Positions 19,446 to 30,105 are shown, numbered from the stretch's first letter. The stretch is DNA of 62,004 nucleotides from a virus (IMGVR_UViG_3300003669_000091:1-62004), one strand, 5' to 3'. The notes: a model not told the origin generated them from the sequence alone. Numbers and translations are program-made.

Positions 19446-20924
19446 TCAGAGGTTGGTTTCGAGGCCAGGCTGACACGACACGTTGATCGTCGCCGTGCGC
19501 GTGATTGTGAATTCCGTCTTCGCTGCCGTGGCAATGCCATTGCCCTCGACCTCGACGATGCAGACCTTGTTGGTGCCGGCCGGACCGCCCAGCGTATCGG
19601 TGTCGATCGGGAATTCGAAAACGATATTGGCACCGTTAACCAGCCCTTTTACGGCGGCGCCGGACTTGTCCTGCACCGTCACTGCGTTCGCGGTATTGAA
19701 ATCGTTGGCGCCGGGGGCATCCTTGAAATAGACATGCCCCCAAGCGTTCGCGTCGGCTTTGGCGTTGGCGCCGACATCAATGATCACCGTCGGGAAGTAT
19801 GGGTAGGTACGTGCGGTGCCAGCGTCGGTGGTCTGTACGATACGCTGTTTGTCGACACCGACCAGCCCCTTAATTAGCAAGCCATTGCCGTCGGCACCGG
19901 AGCGCGTGACGATACGCCCCTGCGCGTCGTAGCTGTACCACGTACCGACGCGTTTGCCGTTTGTTACGCCGGTACCGGAGTCGATATCGTTGTCTGTCGC
20001 TGCTACCGCATCCAGGTAGGCAATGCACTGGTCAAGCGATGCCCCTGCAGTGTTATTGACCACCCAAGTGAATGTGCCGGCACCCTCGTTGAATCCAGGT
20101 TCGTTCAACGGAACCACCAATTTTTCAAGGCTCAGACCGGTGAATGGCGCAATGGCTGCGCCGCCATAGACGTTCGCTAGCGTGTAATTGCCGGTTGTCA
20201 GGTGATTCGACTCACCCAGCGCGAAACCTGCAGAAAAGCCGTCCATGATGGTGATACCCGAATCCACGAGCATCTTTCGGTCATGAACCTTGCCGAATGT
20301 GCGCAGGCTGATAGCCAGGTAAGTACGGCTATCGAAGTTTCCTGCTCCAGCATCACCATTCGCAGTCGATCCGAATACCTGAATCATTTCATCTACTGCA
20401 CCAGGGTAAGAAAAATTGACGGGGGCCCCACCCGCAGTCAGTTGGTAGTACGCTTGGCTCGCCGGATCGATGCTGCCCAACGAGCGCGAACCGAAGTAGA
20501 TTCGATTGACGGCACCGGAAGCTGATCGCCACACCATGCCGGTCCCACGCATCTTCTTGATGTCAGCCGTCGCTATCTTTCGGCCATTGGCCATTTCGTA
20601 AGCGCCAGCAAACTTGTACGAGCCAACCATGAACTTGTCGTACTTGCGCAGGGTTTCATTGGCTGCGCGGCGCATGCGCTCGAACTTATAGAGCGCGCGG
20701 GCCGTGATTCCTCCATTGGCACCGCCTGAATTCAGCAGTGGATTCGCAACTGCGCCGCCGCCAAAATCAATCGTTGCCAGTTCGTCGGCAGTGATGATCT
20801 GGACCTCGCCATTTGCCAGGTCGAAATAGATATTGCCGTTGGGGGCAGAACCACGCGGGTTTGTCGACTCCTTGAGTTTGTTCGCAGCCAGGTTACCGGC
20901 AGTGTCGAGATCGATGGTGGGCAT
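19446..20924 (-). CDS. Putative virion appendage/fibre protein (492 aa)
   Basis: Gly/Ala/Thr-rich beta composition; RBS AGGAG; in a late operon. Confidence 0.55.
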   Translation of the reverse strand: MPTIDLDTAGNLAANKLKESTNPRGSAPNGNIYFDLANGEVQIITADELATIDFGGGAVANPLLNSGGANGGITARALYKFERMRRAANETLRKYDKFMVGSYKFAGAYEMANGRKIATADIKKMRGTGMVWRSASGAVNRIYFGSRSLGSIDPASQAYYQLTAGGAPVNFSYPGAVDEMIQVFGSTANGDAGAGNFDSRTYLAISLRTFGKVHDRKMLVDSGITIMDGFSAGFALGESNHLTTGNYTLANVYGGAAIAPFTGLSLEKLVVPLNEPGFNEGAGTFTWVVNNTAGASLDQCIAYLDAVAATDNDIDSGTGVTNGKRVGTWYSYDAQGRIVTRSGADGNGLLIKGLVGVDKQRIVQTTDAGTARTYPYFPTVIIDVGANAKADANAWGHVYFKDAPGANDFNTANAVTVQDKSGAAVKGLVNGANIVFEFPIDTDTLGGPAGTNKVCIVEVEGNGIATAAKTEFTITRTATINVSCQPGLETNL

Positions 20925-20932
20925 GATGGCTC

Positions 20933-22747
20933 CTAGATATTGTGCTCAGGCGTCAGTGACGCAACAAAATTTGATGGGACATTCGGCACCGTGAGTTCTT
21001 GTCCGAACTCCTCAAACCCATCTTTCAAAATTTGAATCCATACCCTGTTACCGCCTTGGGTCTGAAAATCAAACGTGGCTCCAGGAGCAGTTTCCACCCC
21101 TGCCAGTTCGGTACCCAGGAAGCCAGGTATCGAGCTATCCAAGTCATAAATTCGTATCTCCGATGCGGCCAAGCTGACCCCTGCTGCGCCGGCGATAGTT
21201 GTTGTTTGGAGATTGGGGCGCGGGCCGTATCCTCGGTCGTACTCGAAAGGGCCTGCATCTTTAAATTCCGGCCCACCGTTGTTGTAGTTCGGCCGCTCTT
21301 TATCCGAAATGTCTGATGTGAGATTGACGAGCGCGGTGGCAATACCGTAATCGACCATTTTTGCTTGCGCGGCGGGGATTGCTCCGACGCCGGCCGGCCG
21401 GAAATCGTTGTTCGCGAAGTCTTTGAACACTTGTGCCGGATCGGTCATATCGATCCATGCGGTGACGGGTTCGTATGTCGCCCACACCAGACGCAAGTAA
21501 TGCGTGCCGACGCCTGCCCCGCTAAACGTCATTGCGACACCGTTGTACGCGCTTGCGACTGTGACATTGTTGCCCGTGATCGATCGGATGTAATAGACCT
21601 TGCTTGGGTCCAACGCGACACCGCCGACTGCCGGCAACGTCCCTGTCGTTTCAAACATGACAGGCTGATTGACGTTGAGCGTCGGCGTGCTCGCGCACGT
21701 CATCGTTGTTGTGCCGGTCGTTACCGTGATCGCGAGCTTGTCGGTTACTTCACCGATATTCCCCCTGAACCGGTTCGACGTGTATGTCGGCGATGCGCCG
21801 TAGTTCAGCGTGTTCGCGACAACTTCGTTGTTGTACACCGACGCCGAACAGCTTGCTGCAGCGGTGAGGCCAACCCCGCACTTTGTGACGAGGCAGTGAG
21901 CAACAGTCGATCCGCTATTGCCGTTCCAATAGATCCCGCCATACGGCCCTGTGAAGCCCATCACGATACAGTTCAGTACCGAGCATGGACCACCTACTAG
22001 AATGCCCTGACTTCCGCCCGGCCCTGTCTGCCTCACGATGCAATTGCGAACGAATGAATTTGATCCGCTTGGAGCAATACAGTAGGTTGCACTCGATGTT
22101 GGACTGTTCCGGCAAAAATCGAGGCCGTCTGTAGTGATGTTATTTCCACCGTGATACCAACACCCCGATCCGGTCGTTGTCAGCGTGTAGCCGAGTCCCG
22201 GAAATCCACCGTGAAAGGCCTCTGTTCGGACGCCATCCATGGTGCTTGTCCACAACGTTGTATCCGCGAAGCCATACGACAAGTTCATTGAAGCTGACAC
22301 AAAATCGTCAAAGGCTTCAATAAATTCGATCACATCTTCATCGCCGGGAACTGAGTTCGTGCTGCGAGCCAAATTTGCAGCTGCCTTAGAGGCGTATGCG
22401 CGCTCCGATCCTGGGGCTCCGTACCGAGCCTTCTGCTGTACAGACAACCCCTGCCAGATCGCTGACTTCATGATCAGTCCTGCTCCGGCTGATGTGAAGT
22501 TGATCTTCGAACTCAAGCTTGAATCGTAGTAGAGCTCGAATGTGCTGCTACTGATCCACTTTGCGTAGTAGTTCGTATTGAGCGCGAGGGCGGCTCCCGC
22601 AACGGTCGGCAGCGTTCCAGAAGCAAACTGTAGTCCTTTCCCGTTCCGCGTTCCATGGTCTGTCAGCGTGACGAGATCTGTTGTCGCGTTGATCGTGACG
22701 GCTTTGCCTGTGAGCCCACCCCAGACAACGCAGGAATAGACTTTCAT
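20933..22747 (-). CDS. Tailspike/adhesin-like protein with beta-helix and two repeated beta domains
   Basis: Pectin-lyase-like repeats (VRNCIV, VLNCIV, VAHCLV, VYNNEV), NDFRP...DAGPFEY closure, duplicated GTLP..G..L....YY domain. Confidence 0.6.
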   Translation of the reverse strand: MKVYSCVVWGGLTGKAVTINATTDLVTLTDHGTRNGKGLQFASGTLPTVAGAALALNTNYYAKWISSSTFELYYDSSLSSKINFTSAGAGLIMKSAIWQGLSVQQKARYGAPGSERAYASKAAANLARSTNSVPGDEDVIEFIEAFDDFVSASMNLSYGFADTTLWTSTMDGVRTEAFHGGFPGLGYTLTTTGSGCWYHGGNNITTDGLDFCRNSPTSSATYCIAPSGSNSFVRNCIVRQTGPGGSQGILVGGPCSVLNCIVMGFTGPYGGIYWNGNSGSTVAHCLVTKCGVGLTAAASCSASVYNNEVVANTLNYGASPTYTSNRFRGNIGEVTDKLAITVTTGTTTMTCASTPTLNVNQPVMFETTGTLPAVGGVALDPSKVYYIRSITGNNVTVASAYNGVAMTFSGAGVGTHYLRLVWATYEPVTAWIDMTDPAQVFKDFANNDFRPAGVGAIPAAQAKMVDYGIATALVNLTSDISDKERPNYNNGGPEFKDAGPFEYDRGYGPRPNLQTTTIAGAAGVSLAASEIRIYDLDSSIPGFLGTELAGVETAPGATFDFQTQGGNRVWIQILKDGFEEFGQELTVPNVPSNFVASLTPEHNI

Positions 22748-23125
22748 CTATGCCAATACCTCTGCAGCGCGACCGGGCCCGATAAGGCCGGATTGCTCCA
22801 GCAGTATCACGGCGGCAACGGTGTCGTGATCGTCGAGATTGATGACACCTCCCTGCGCAATTGTGGCATCGAGCAACTTCAGGTAATCGTCAAGCACGGC
22901 GCTTGCTTTGGCCGCGTCCCGGATGGCGATCCGCTCGTCTTGCGTAAAACGGCGCAGGTATGAAACGCCAGTGATGTCACGCGGCGGAGCCGGCGCGTCT
23001 TCAGGCTTGTGCGGAATGTGGTTGTATCGCGAGAACGGAAACTCTTTGAAATCCGTCGCGTCGTCAGCCGGATAAACATGCACGATTTCGCCGGTTTTGC
23101 GATCTTGCACAACCCATTCAGCCAT
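22748..23125 (-). CDS. Fibre-associated chaperone-like protein
   Basis: YLRRFTQDERIAI...INLDDHDT...GLIGPGRAAEVL motif common next to fibre genes. Confidence 0.55.
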   Translation of the reverse strand: MAEWVVQDRKTGEIVHVYPADDATDFKEFPFSRYNHIPHKPEDAPAPPRDITGVSYLRRFTQDERIAIRDAAKASAVLDDYLKLLDATIAQGGVINLDDHDTVAAVILLEQSGLIGPGRAAEVLA

Positions 23126-23435
23126 TTTTGTATTCCGATGCGTTTTGGTATCCGCGCATCTCGCTCACGTAAGCCATTGCACAGTGATTCGGGTCGCGGA
23201 AAAGCCAGTTGATGAATCGCTCGGCGCGGCGGTGCTGCTTGCGGTGCGTCCATGCAGAGATCGTTTCGTCTGCGTGGCTGTCGTTCAGGAACACCGTTGC
23301 AAGCCACTGATCTAGCGCGATCAGGGATTGAGTCGTATTGCGCATGATACCGATCCAGAAAAGACACCAAAACACGAGTCCAATCCAGAAAAAAAGCAAC
23401 GTCATCACTTTGCTTGCAGTTTCGAACCATTCCAT
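23118..23435 (-). CDS. Membrane protein, phage conserved hypothetical
   Basis: N-terminal TM; LIALDQWL...DETISA...INWLFRDPNHC motif. Confidence 0.6.
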   Translation of the reverse strand: MEWFETASKVMTLLFFWIGLVFWCLFWIGIMRNTTQSLIALDQWLATVFLNDSHADETISAWTHRKQHRRAERFINWLFRDPNHCAMAYVSEMRGYQNASEYKNG

Positions 23436-23641
23436 CAAAACACCGCCCTCACAAATACACGCCCATCCGGAGCAAATGACTCTTCAATAGGCGGCAAACC
23501 GATACCCGGCTCATGCCGATCTGTCAGGTACTGCAGTCCGCGCCGGTCAAGGAACAAGCGATCATTGCCACGACCGTTCTGGAGATGGAATTCGAGATAG
23601 GCATGTGCCTGCTCGACAGTCACAGGGATCGGAGCGCTCAT
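23435..23641 (-). CDS. Hypothetical protein
   Basis: ATG 23641 overlaps the HNH gene stop (ATGA). Confidence 0.45.
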   Translation of the reverse strand: MSAPIPVTVEQAHAYLEFHLQNGRGNDRLFLDRRGLQYLTDRHEPGIGLPPIEESFAPDGRVFVRAVF

Positions 23642-23961
23642 GACTTGCAATAGACCTTTCGTTCCCAACGGTCCTTGCACTCAGTTCCTGCGCACGACTT
23701 GATGCTGTTCTTCATCCACTGCATGTTTGCGACTGAGTCGCACCCTCCGCAGTCGAGCGGAATGACATGATCCTTTGACCAACCTGGACATGAACCACTC
23801 TTGCGGCCGGTCACTGGGCACGGGTAAATCCTCTGGAATTCAGCCTTGACCTTTTCCGATCTGACGATGGAATCGGAGCGCCCGCAGTAGCGCAGATCGT
23901 CTGCTGCCGAAACTTGGCACCAAATGATCATGCCGATGATTGCCGCAATGGCTTTTCGCAT
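23638..23961 (-). CDS. HNH-motif protein with N-terminal signal peptide
   Basis: DHVIPLDCGGCDSVANMQW HNH motif; MRKAIAAIIGMIIWCQVSA signal-like leader; SD TAGGAG. Confidence 0.75.
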   Translation of the reverse strand: MRKAIAAIIGMIIWCQVSAADDLRYCGRSDSIVRSEKVKAEFQRIYPCPVTGRKSGSCPGWSKDHVIPLDCGGCDSVANMQWMKNSIKSCAGTECKDRWERKVYCKS

Positions 23962-23989
23962 GATTGCTCCTACCGTTGATCGATGACCA

Positions 23990-24030
23990 ATGATAGGAGT
24001 CGCTTCATCACCAAATTTCGGCGGTTTTCC
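23990..24030 (-). promoter_or_regulatory. Predicted late promoter 4 (GGAAAAC-N28-TATCAT)
   Basis: GTTTTCC at 24024-24030; hexamer at 23995-23990. Confidence 0.8.
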
Positions 24031-24038
24031 TGTTCAGT

Positions 24039-26558
24039 TCAGGTTGTCGCATCCAGCATTTCCGCGATACTGTCGAGCGTCTTTCCAGCCTTCATGGCTT
24101 TGAACAAGCGATCGAAAGCCGCGTTGATACGCTCTCGCTCCTCGCCCTCAGGGTAAGGGTTCATCTGTCCGAACAGAGGGTCGAAGTAATGCTTGTTGTC
24201 GGCCATGGCTGACAGGTAGTCATTGCGCCTACCTGCACCGGCCAGGCGGTCTTCGCACCATGATTGGAATGCCCGTGCTGCCATCTCTTCCGTCTTCGAC
24301 CAATACGGTGTGTCGCCCGGGTCAAGGCGTGCTGATTCCAGAGCGAACGACGACATGCTGGGGCCGGCCTTCACCTCGATGCTGCCACCAGACTCGTTAC
24401 CGCCATGCCACGCAACCGCAACGCGCCGCCAGTCACGGGCCAATTTCTTGTCTCTCGGACGTGTCTTTCCTGCGAAGTATTCATCAATCGCCTGGACAGC
24501 CGCATGCACATCAGTCGCGCCTTTGATCAGCCGGCGGACGGTATAGCCGCTCACGTCTCCGGCCAGGTTGTGCTGTGCCAACTTGTAGTCGGAGGCGGTG
24601 TATTCGATAGTCTCGGTGGCCTTGTGCTCACCGTCCAACATGGCAGACCGAAGCCCAACGATGGCGTCTCGCAATTCGCCTTCCGGCAATAGCGCAGGAT
24701 TACTCGTGATGAAATCGCCCTTCCCGCCAGCCTGGCCAGTCACCACCTCGGAGATCATGTTATCGATAGCATGGAACCATTCGTGAGCAAGACAACCGCC
24801 GCCGCCCATCTTCGTCAGGTTCATCACCCGATGCACCGGCTCATAGTGGGCCCGCGGGGCGCCGCCGAAACCAGCATTCCCATGTCCGCGCGCACCGAAA
24901 GCCATGGCCAGCCGACCGGACACGGATACCTTGGTGTCTTCAACTCCGATCAAGTCAGCCAAGTCGGCAAATGCCGCTGCTGAACTTTCGACATGGAACT
25001 TGGCGCTGACCGGGTCTTTCAGAACCCAGTTGCCAGACTGCACATCCCGCAGGCCGAAGGCTGTCTTCAGGGATGCCGTGGAATCAACTACAACCGGCCG
25101 GCCGCCGGTACGCTCGTATTTGTCGATCACTTTCAGCTGGAAGCGAACATTGTTCTTGCTGACCTTCGGTGCAGGTTTTGCATCGCCCTTCTCTGCCCAT
25201 GACCAGTCGCCAACCTTACCCTGCTTGGCGGCTACCATGTGTCGCCGGAAGGCATCAGATCCTTTGCTTGTACGATAGTTCAAGACGCCGAAGAAGCGAT
25301 CACCCATCGTCGCCCAAGCTCGAGTTACCGGGTTCTCAAGTACGTTGCGAGCAATGGTCTCCCGCTCGATCTGGCGAATCTCGGCAACCAGTTTTCTGCG
25401 TTCAGCTTCAATCGCCTCAAGCTTTGGACGCTGCTCTACTTGCTTCTCGCTCCACACGTCCCACGCTGCATCGGCAACTTTCTTGGCCTCGGCTGCCGCC
25501 TCGAGCAGTTCAGGTTTTACCGCCCAGTTTCGGCGCGTACGCTTGCTCACCTCATGGTCTGCTGAATACTGCTGACCGCGGGCGCGCTGCGCAATGTTGT
25601 AAAGCACGTTGGTAGCTTCCCGCAACGTGTTTGCCTCGGCCGACAGCGCGAAGAGTCGTTCCCGAAGAGCCGCCGTGCGATCTGCATCTTCCGGCTTGAA
25701 CATGACGCCGTGCAGTTCATCGCGCATCTCGTCCAGGATCTTCGATACCTGTTCGACCGTCGTACAGGCCTCGAGCCTATCCCGCAGAGACTGCAGGCCA
25801 AGCGCGTAATCCCGGCGCGCCTGCGGAGTATCCTCGCTCGGCTCGGTTCCGATGGCCGCATAAATTCGATCAATCAGGAATGCGGTACCTGGCTCCATCC
25901 CAGCTTCACGCAGAGACGACCAATCGACCGCACCGAAAAGATTGCTCTTGGTGATCAGGTCCTTGGCCTCGCGCGGATTCTCCTCGATGGAATCCCAGTC
26001 GATATCGGTCTGATCGATACGCTTTCCAGTCCGGGCCCAGCTGCGAATGTTGGCGGCTGCCATCTCCTTGCGACTGCCGGCGATCACTCCCGTATCGCGG
26101 TACCGGTAGTTCGGGCTGTTCGGATCGTCGGAAAGCTCTTCCACTTCCAGGGACACCGTTCCCATCACCGTCCCGCCAAGTTGCGCGCGGATTCGATTGA
26201 TTTCGCCGACCAGTTTCAGGCGGGTGAGAGGTCCGTCCGCCGCCGGCAACGCCGCCTTGGTCCTGACCAACAGTCCGACCAGCTTCAGGCGTTCGATGGG
26301 GCTGATAGACGTTTCTTCGGCAGAATCCAGCGTGGTGCCTGGAAGCGGATCGATCAACTCGTCGTTGAACTGGATATCGTCGTAAAGGATGTCGAGATCG
26401 CATAGATCCTTTTCCAGATACTGGCGAGCGTGGTCACGCAACTGATCGATAGTGAAGCGATCGCCTTCCGGTTTGCCGAAATACTGGACGTACATGATCT
26501 TGGCCATGTTCGGGACGTTGAGGACGATATGGTTGATCTTCTGTTCGCGGGTCAGCAT
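24039..26558 (-). CDS. DdrB-like polyvalent protein with HEXXH zincin motif and LPD1-like C-terminus
   Basis: YRYRDTGVIAGSRKE, LAMAFGARG, AHYEP, LAHEWFHAIDN, YWS..EEMAARAFQSW, PYPEGEERERINAAF; start ATG 26558 after AGGAG. Confidence 0.75.
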   Translation of the reverse strand: MLTREQKINHIVLNVPNMAKIMYVQYFGKPEGDRFTIDQLRDHARQYLEKDLCDLDILYDDIQFNDELIDPLPGTTLDSAEETSISPIERLKLVGLLVRTKAALPAADGPLTRLKLVGEINRIRAQLGGTVMGTVSLEVEELSDDPNSPNYRYRDTGVIAGSRKEMAAANIRSWARTGKRIDQTDIDWDSIEENPREAKDLITKSNLFGAVDWSSLREAGMEPGTAFLIDRIYAAIGTEPSEDTPQARRDYALGLQSLRDRLEACTTVEQVSKILDEMRDELHGVMFKPEDADRTAALRERLFALSAEANTLREATNVLYNIAQRARGQQYSADHEVSKRTRRNWAVKPELLEAAAEAKKVADAAWDVWSEKQVEQRPKLEAIEAERRKLVAEIRQIERETIARNVLENPVTRAWATMGDRFFGVLNYRTSKGSDAFRRHMVAAKQGKVGDWSWAEKGDAKPAPKVSKNNVRFQLKVIDKYERTGGRPVVVDSTASLKTAFGLRDVQSGNWVLKDPVSAKFHVESSAAAFADLADLIGVEDTKVSVSGRLAMAFGARGHGNAGFGGAPRAHYEPVHRVMNLTKMGGGGCLAHEWFHAIDNMISEVVTGQAGGKGDFITSNPALLPEGELRDAIVGLRSAMLDGEHKATETIEYTASDYKLAQHNLAGDVSGYTVRRLIKGATDVHAAVQAIDEYFAGKTRPRDKKLARDWRRVAVAWHGGNESGGSIEVKAGPSMSSFALESARLDPGDTPYWSKTEEMAARAFQSWCEDRLAGAGRRNDYLSAMADNKHYFDPLFGQMNPYPEGEERERINAAFDRLFKAMKAGKTLDSIAEMLDATT

Positions 26559-26568
26559 AGCCGTCTCC

Positions 26569-29500
26569 TCAAGCCAGGTTGGCAGTAGCGGCCAGCATCG
26601 CGGCCTGGTAGGAATCAACAGCCCTCTCGAACAGGCCGGCCATTTCTGCATCGTCCTGATGACGCATGAAGGCAGCTTCGAGCAGATCGGCCAGGTCAGG
26701 GTCGCTGATGTCGGATACGGTACCGTCGATCACCGACTGAAACAGAGCGCGGTCGGCAGATTTCTGCGGATCATCCACAGGCTGGACCGGATCCGGTTGC
26801 GGCTCCACGACGGGCGGCGAATCATTCACTGTTGAAGCCTCGCTGACCGGCGCAGGCGAAGAACTGAAAAGGCTCTCGACCATATCGACGATTCCGCCGT
26901 AACTCGCAGCCCCTGCGGCATGCGCACCGCTTACCGCCACCGGGTTGGCGCCAGACATGCCGGTATAGATGATGGTCTCGCCCTGTTCATCGATTCGTGC
27001 TCGGCCGATACCCTGGCCATCCTTGATGATCTGTGCGCAAATTCCGTACGGCAGCGCCGGAATTCCTGTATCGGCGCCTTGATCGCTTTCGGCGTCATCG
27101 AACAGTCCATCCGACATCGAATAGTTGAAGTCGCCGAAATGGGCGTTTCCACCGAGGCGCCGGGTAGTGTCGCGAACGATCATGGCCGACTTGGCGAACT
27201 CAACCGTCTTTCCGGCAAATTCAGCACCATCCTTGGTTTCGGCGATCACGTCATCAACGTAGTAGCGGAACTCTTCATCGATATATCGTGCGATGGACTT
27301 TGCCGACGGATAGGCTTCCGGATCAAGGCGATCCTGATCGATATCGACAGCTTTTCCATCCTCGCCGAAGTGCCAGGATACCGATACGTCGATTGCACCG
27401 GAGTCTCCAAAGTAGATGGTGGCCACCAACGAACGCTCATCCAGGCTTACTTCCCAGCCGATGGCTTTCAGTTGCTCGGCAATGTCGGCCATGGTCAGCG
27501 CATCCGCGGTGGTTTCCTCTTCGATCACCTCCGGCGCTTCTCCTTCGATGAATAGGTTGAACACCAGGTGGCCATTGGAATCATCCAGCGTTGCCGGTGC
27601 ACCATTGACTTCGATTCCATCCGCGCCTATATTCTGAGTGTCGGTATTCCCTGAATTGTGATCAGGGGGCAATGCCGACACAGAGGCGGCGCTTGAGGAA
27701 TCAAGTGCCGTTTTTGTTTCCACCTCATCGGTGTCCAGCAACAAGTCGTAGTGGAATGCTCCATGCAAGTCTTCCTCAACGATCACGTCCAGAGCGATGA
27801 CATTGCCAGCAAGGGAAACTGAATTCTTCAGCCGGTAATAGCCAAACACTTCAGGCTTTTTGTGCTTCTTGAAGTTCTCCTCTGGAATAGAGGCAATAGC
27901 CGTCGAAATGATCGTCTTGATGGCTGGGATGATCTTCAGCTTGCGCGGATCAGCAGAGAACGCAATGGTTTCCTTGATGCCACGCTGACGGATTTCGACC
28001 TGCTTGCCGAGAATTGGGCAATCAACCCACTCTCCCCGCATCGCAACGAGAAAATCCTTGGCAGCGGCCCGAAGTGATTTCTTTCCATCCTCGGTATCGG
28101 GGAACTCTCCAAGTTCATTTCCGGTTACCGTAACCGTGGCAGGTTGCGCCGCTGACTTGGCAGCTTCCTCGGCTGCAGCCTGCGCGATCGCTTCCTTGCG
28201 ACGTGCGGTTTCGGCCAGCGCTGCAGCGTCCACTTCAGCAGCAATCACCTCCGGCGCCTTGGTCAGGTCGTCGACCATTTCATTGACCGAATAGCCGATG
28301 ATATTTTCACCGAACTTCTTGAATGTGAAATCGACCTCGCTGTCTTCCTTGTAGAGCCGAGCGTCAATCGGAGCCCTGCCTTCCCAGCCAAGCGCGCCAA
28401 GCGCCGAGCGGACAGCGTCGATGCGTACATTGAAGAAGGTATTCAACGCATCCTGATGCAGAGCCTGCAAGTCATCGCTCGCCATCACTGAAGCGTAGTT
28501 CTCCGCCATGGTCGGATCGAACGGAACAACGGCGGAAACCGCCGATGCATCCTTGACCATGTTGTAGGCCTCATCTGCCGTTGCCGACCAGTCGCTGCCG
28601 ACGCCGCTACCATCCGCATACAGAGCCTTGATCACTCGGAACGGAGTGTCCTTCATAACGTTGATCTGCACGGCGTAGGCCTGTCCCCACTCCTTAGCAA
28701 GCGCTCCCATCGCCATTGCCATCTGCTGATTACTGTCGGCTGGCATGAAGTCATCAGGTAGTTCTCCGGCTTCGTCCTGGATCACCCCGTAGTAATCCGG
28801 ATTTCCGATCCCCCAAAGCGTTCCATTGGCTTGCTTTTCAAGCTCTCTGAATCGACTCATTGCCGGTTGCGACTGAACCTGCATCGATTCGGCCTCGACC
28901 GTCGAAACTTCAATCTGGTGCAACAGGCCGGCCAGTTCAGATTCCATCCCGGCAATCTCGTCCTTGAGTGCCTGGATGCGATCCATCCGCTCGGCCCGGC
29001 GGATGTTCGCGCGCCGGAATGCGGCGCTGTTCTTGTCTGCCAGAAGCATGACGCGACGCGCGACTTCGCGAACGTTCAGGTCACGGCCGCGCTCGGGCGC
29101 TACGACAATGGTGATGTCCTTCTTGTTCAACAACCATTTCCAGCTGATGAGTTCATCATCCGGTGCCAACTTGCTTGGTGTCGAATCCGGGTTGTGCAGC
29201 AAAATCGAAATAGTCTGTCCGTCGGACAGTTCCCAGATCACCGCTACATTGACTACGCCACGGAAACGATAGGGGTCCGAAACTTGGAAAGACAGCGGCG
29301 TTACCGATCCGCCGGCGCGTTTCATCACGGTATTGATCACGTTCATGGTGCGCTCGATGGCAACGTACGGCGTTACCAGCGCATCAAGAGCGAGTACTTC
29401 GTCAGCGATCTCACGGAAATCATTCACGCAGATCGAATCGAATACCAATCCATCTTCCGCATCGTCACGCCGGATTTCGTAAAGAACCTGGTCAAGAGTC

Positions 29501-30099
29501 ATTCCGAGCGGCGTCGCGTTGGTTCCCCAATGCACCTTGTTGGTCATTTTCATGGATTCGTGTCCTTCGAAAGGGAGGTAGTCTTTGACGGCCGGGCGCG
29601 ACTTGTTGCCGTGCTTGAGCCACCATTTGAATTGGGCAATTGACATGGAAACGAGGCTTTTGAGCCCATCCCAACCTCGGTCGTAGCTGTCCAGATACGC
29701 ACGCTTGGCCATGGCCTCATCGATGAAGCCAAGCATCACCTTGTGTTCGTCAAACTTGCCTGCAACGTACTGATTTATTACGTAGACCATTTCGGCCTGA
29801 GGCCACGGACCAATAAAGCAATCGACCGCGTCTCCGTCTGCGCCCTTGGTGCCGCTCAGATATCCGTAGTGGGCGGCCAAGCGGGTACGCCACGACTTTC
29901 CGGAAGGATCGACGCCACATCGAAATGAGTTGCGCGGCTGCTCTATCGCAATGGGCAGGCCATGCAGCGAGACGCGCCCGACTTTATAGTTCCCCGCTTC
30001 ACATTGCGCCTGGGATGGGGTGGGAATCGGGTTGTTTCCGAAGGCTCCAGAGTGAGCGCCGGCCTCAATCCGTGAAAAGATGTCGTGGTGGTTTGGCAT
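26569..30099 (-). CDS. darA: DarA-like antirestriction polyvalent protein (InPPase-like + DarA core + LPD3-like + DarA C-terminal domains); predicted leaderless
   Basis: HYGYLSGTKGADGDAVDCFIGP..FDEHKVMLGF; LSDGQTISILLHNP..WLLNKKDITIVVAPERG; TGNELG..HYD; DRALFQSVIDG C-terminus. Confidence 0.8.
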   Translation of the reverse strand: MPNHHDIFSRIEAGAHSGAFGNNPIPTPSQAQCEAGNYKVGRVSLHGLPIAIEQPRNSFRCGVDPSGKSWRTRLAAHYGYLSGTKGADGDAVDCFIGPWPQAEMVYVINQYVAGKFDEHKVMLGFIDEAMAKRAYLDSYDRGWDGLKSLVSMSIAQFKWWLKHGNKSRPAVKDYLPFEGHESMKMTNKVHWGTNATPLGMTLDQVLYEIRRDDAEDGLVFDSICVNDFREIADEVLALDALVTPYVAIERTMNVINTVMKRAGGSVTPLSFQVSDPYRFRGVVNVAVIWELSDGQTISILLHNPDSTPSKLAPDDELISWKWLLNKKDITIVVAPERGRDLNVREVARRVMLLADKNSAAFRRANIRRAERMDRIQALKDEIAGMESELAGLLHQIEVSTVEAESMQVQSQPAMSRFRELEKQANGTLWGIGNPDYYGVIQDEAGELPDDFMPADSNQQMAMAMGALAKEWGQAYAVQINVMKDTPFRVIKALYADGSGVGSDWSATADEAYNMVKDASAVSAVVPFDPTMAENYASVMASDDLQALHQDALNTFFNVRIDAVRSALGALGWEGRAPIDARLYKEDSEVDFTFKKFGENIIGYSVNEMVDDLTKAPEVIAAEVDAAALAETARRKEAIAQAAAEEAAKSAAQPATVTVTGNELGEFPDTEDGKKSLRAAAKDFLVAMRGEWVDCPILGKQVEIRQRGIKETIAFSADPRKLKIIPAIKTIISTAIASIPEENFKKHKKPEVFGYYRLKNSVSLAGNVIALDVIVEEDLHGAFHYDLLLDTDEVETKTALDSSSAASVSALPPDHNSGNTDTQNIGADGIEVNGAPATLDDSNGHLVFNLFIEGEAPEVIEEETTADALTMADIAEQLKAIGWEVSLDERSLVATIYFGDSGAIDVSVSWHFGEDGKAVDIDQDRLDPEAYPSAKSIARYIDEEFRYYVDDVIAETKDGAEFAGKTVEFAKSAMIVRDTTRRLGGNAHFGDFNYSMSDGLFDDAESDQGADTGIPALPYGICAQIIKDGQGIGRARIDEQGETIIYTGMSGANPVAVSGAHAAGAASYGGIVDMVESLFSSSPAPVSEASTVNDSPPVVEPQPDPVQPVDDPQKSADRALFQSVIDGTVSDISDPDLADLLEAAFMRHQDDAEMAGLFERAVDSYQAAMLAATANLA

Positions 30100-30105
30100 T
30101 TGGCG

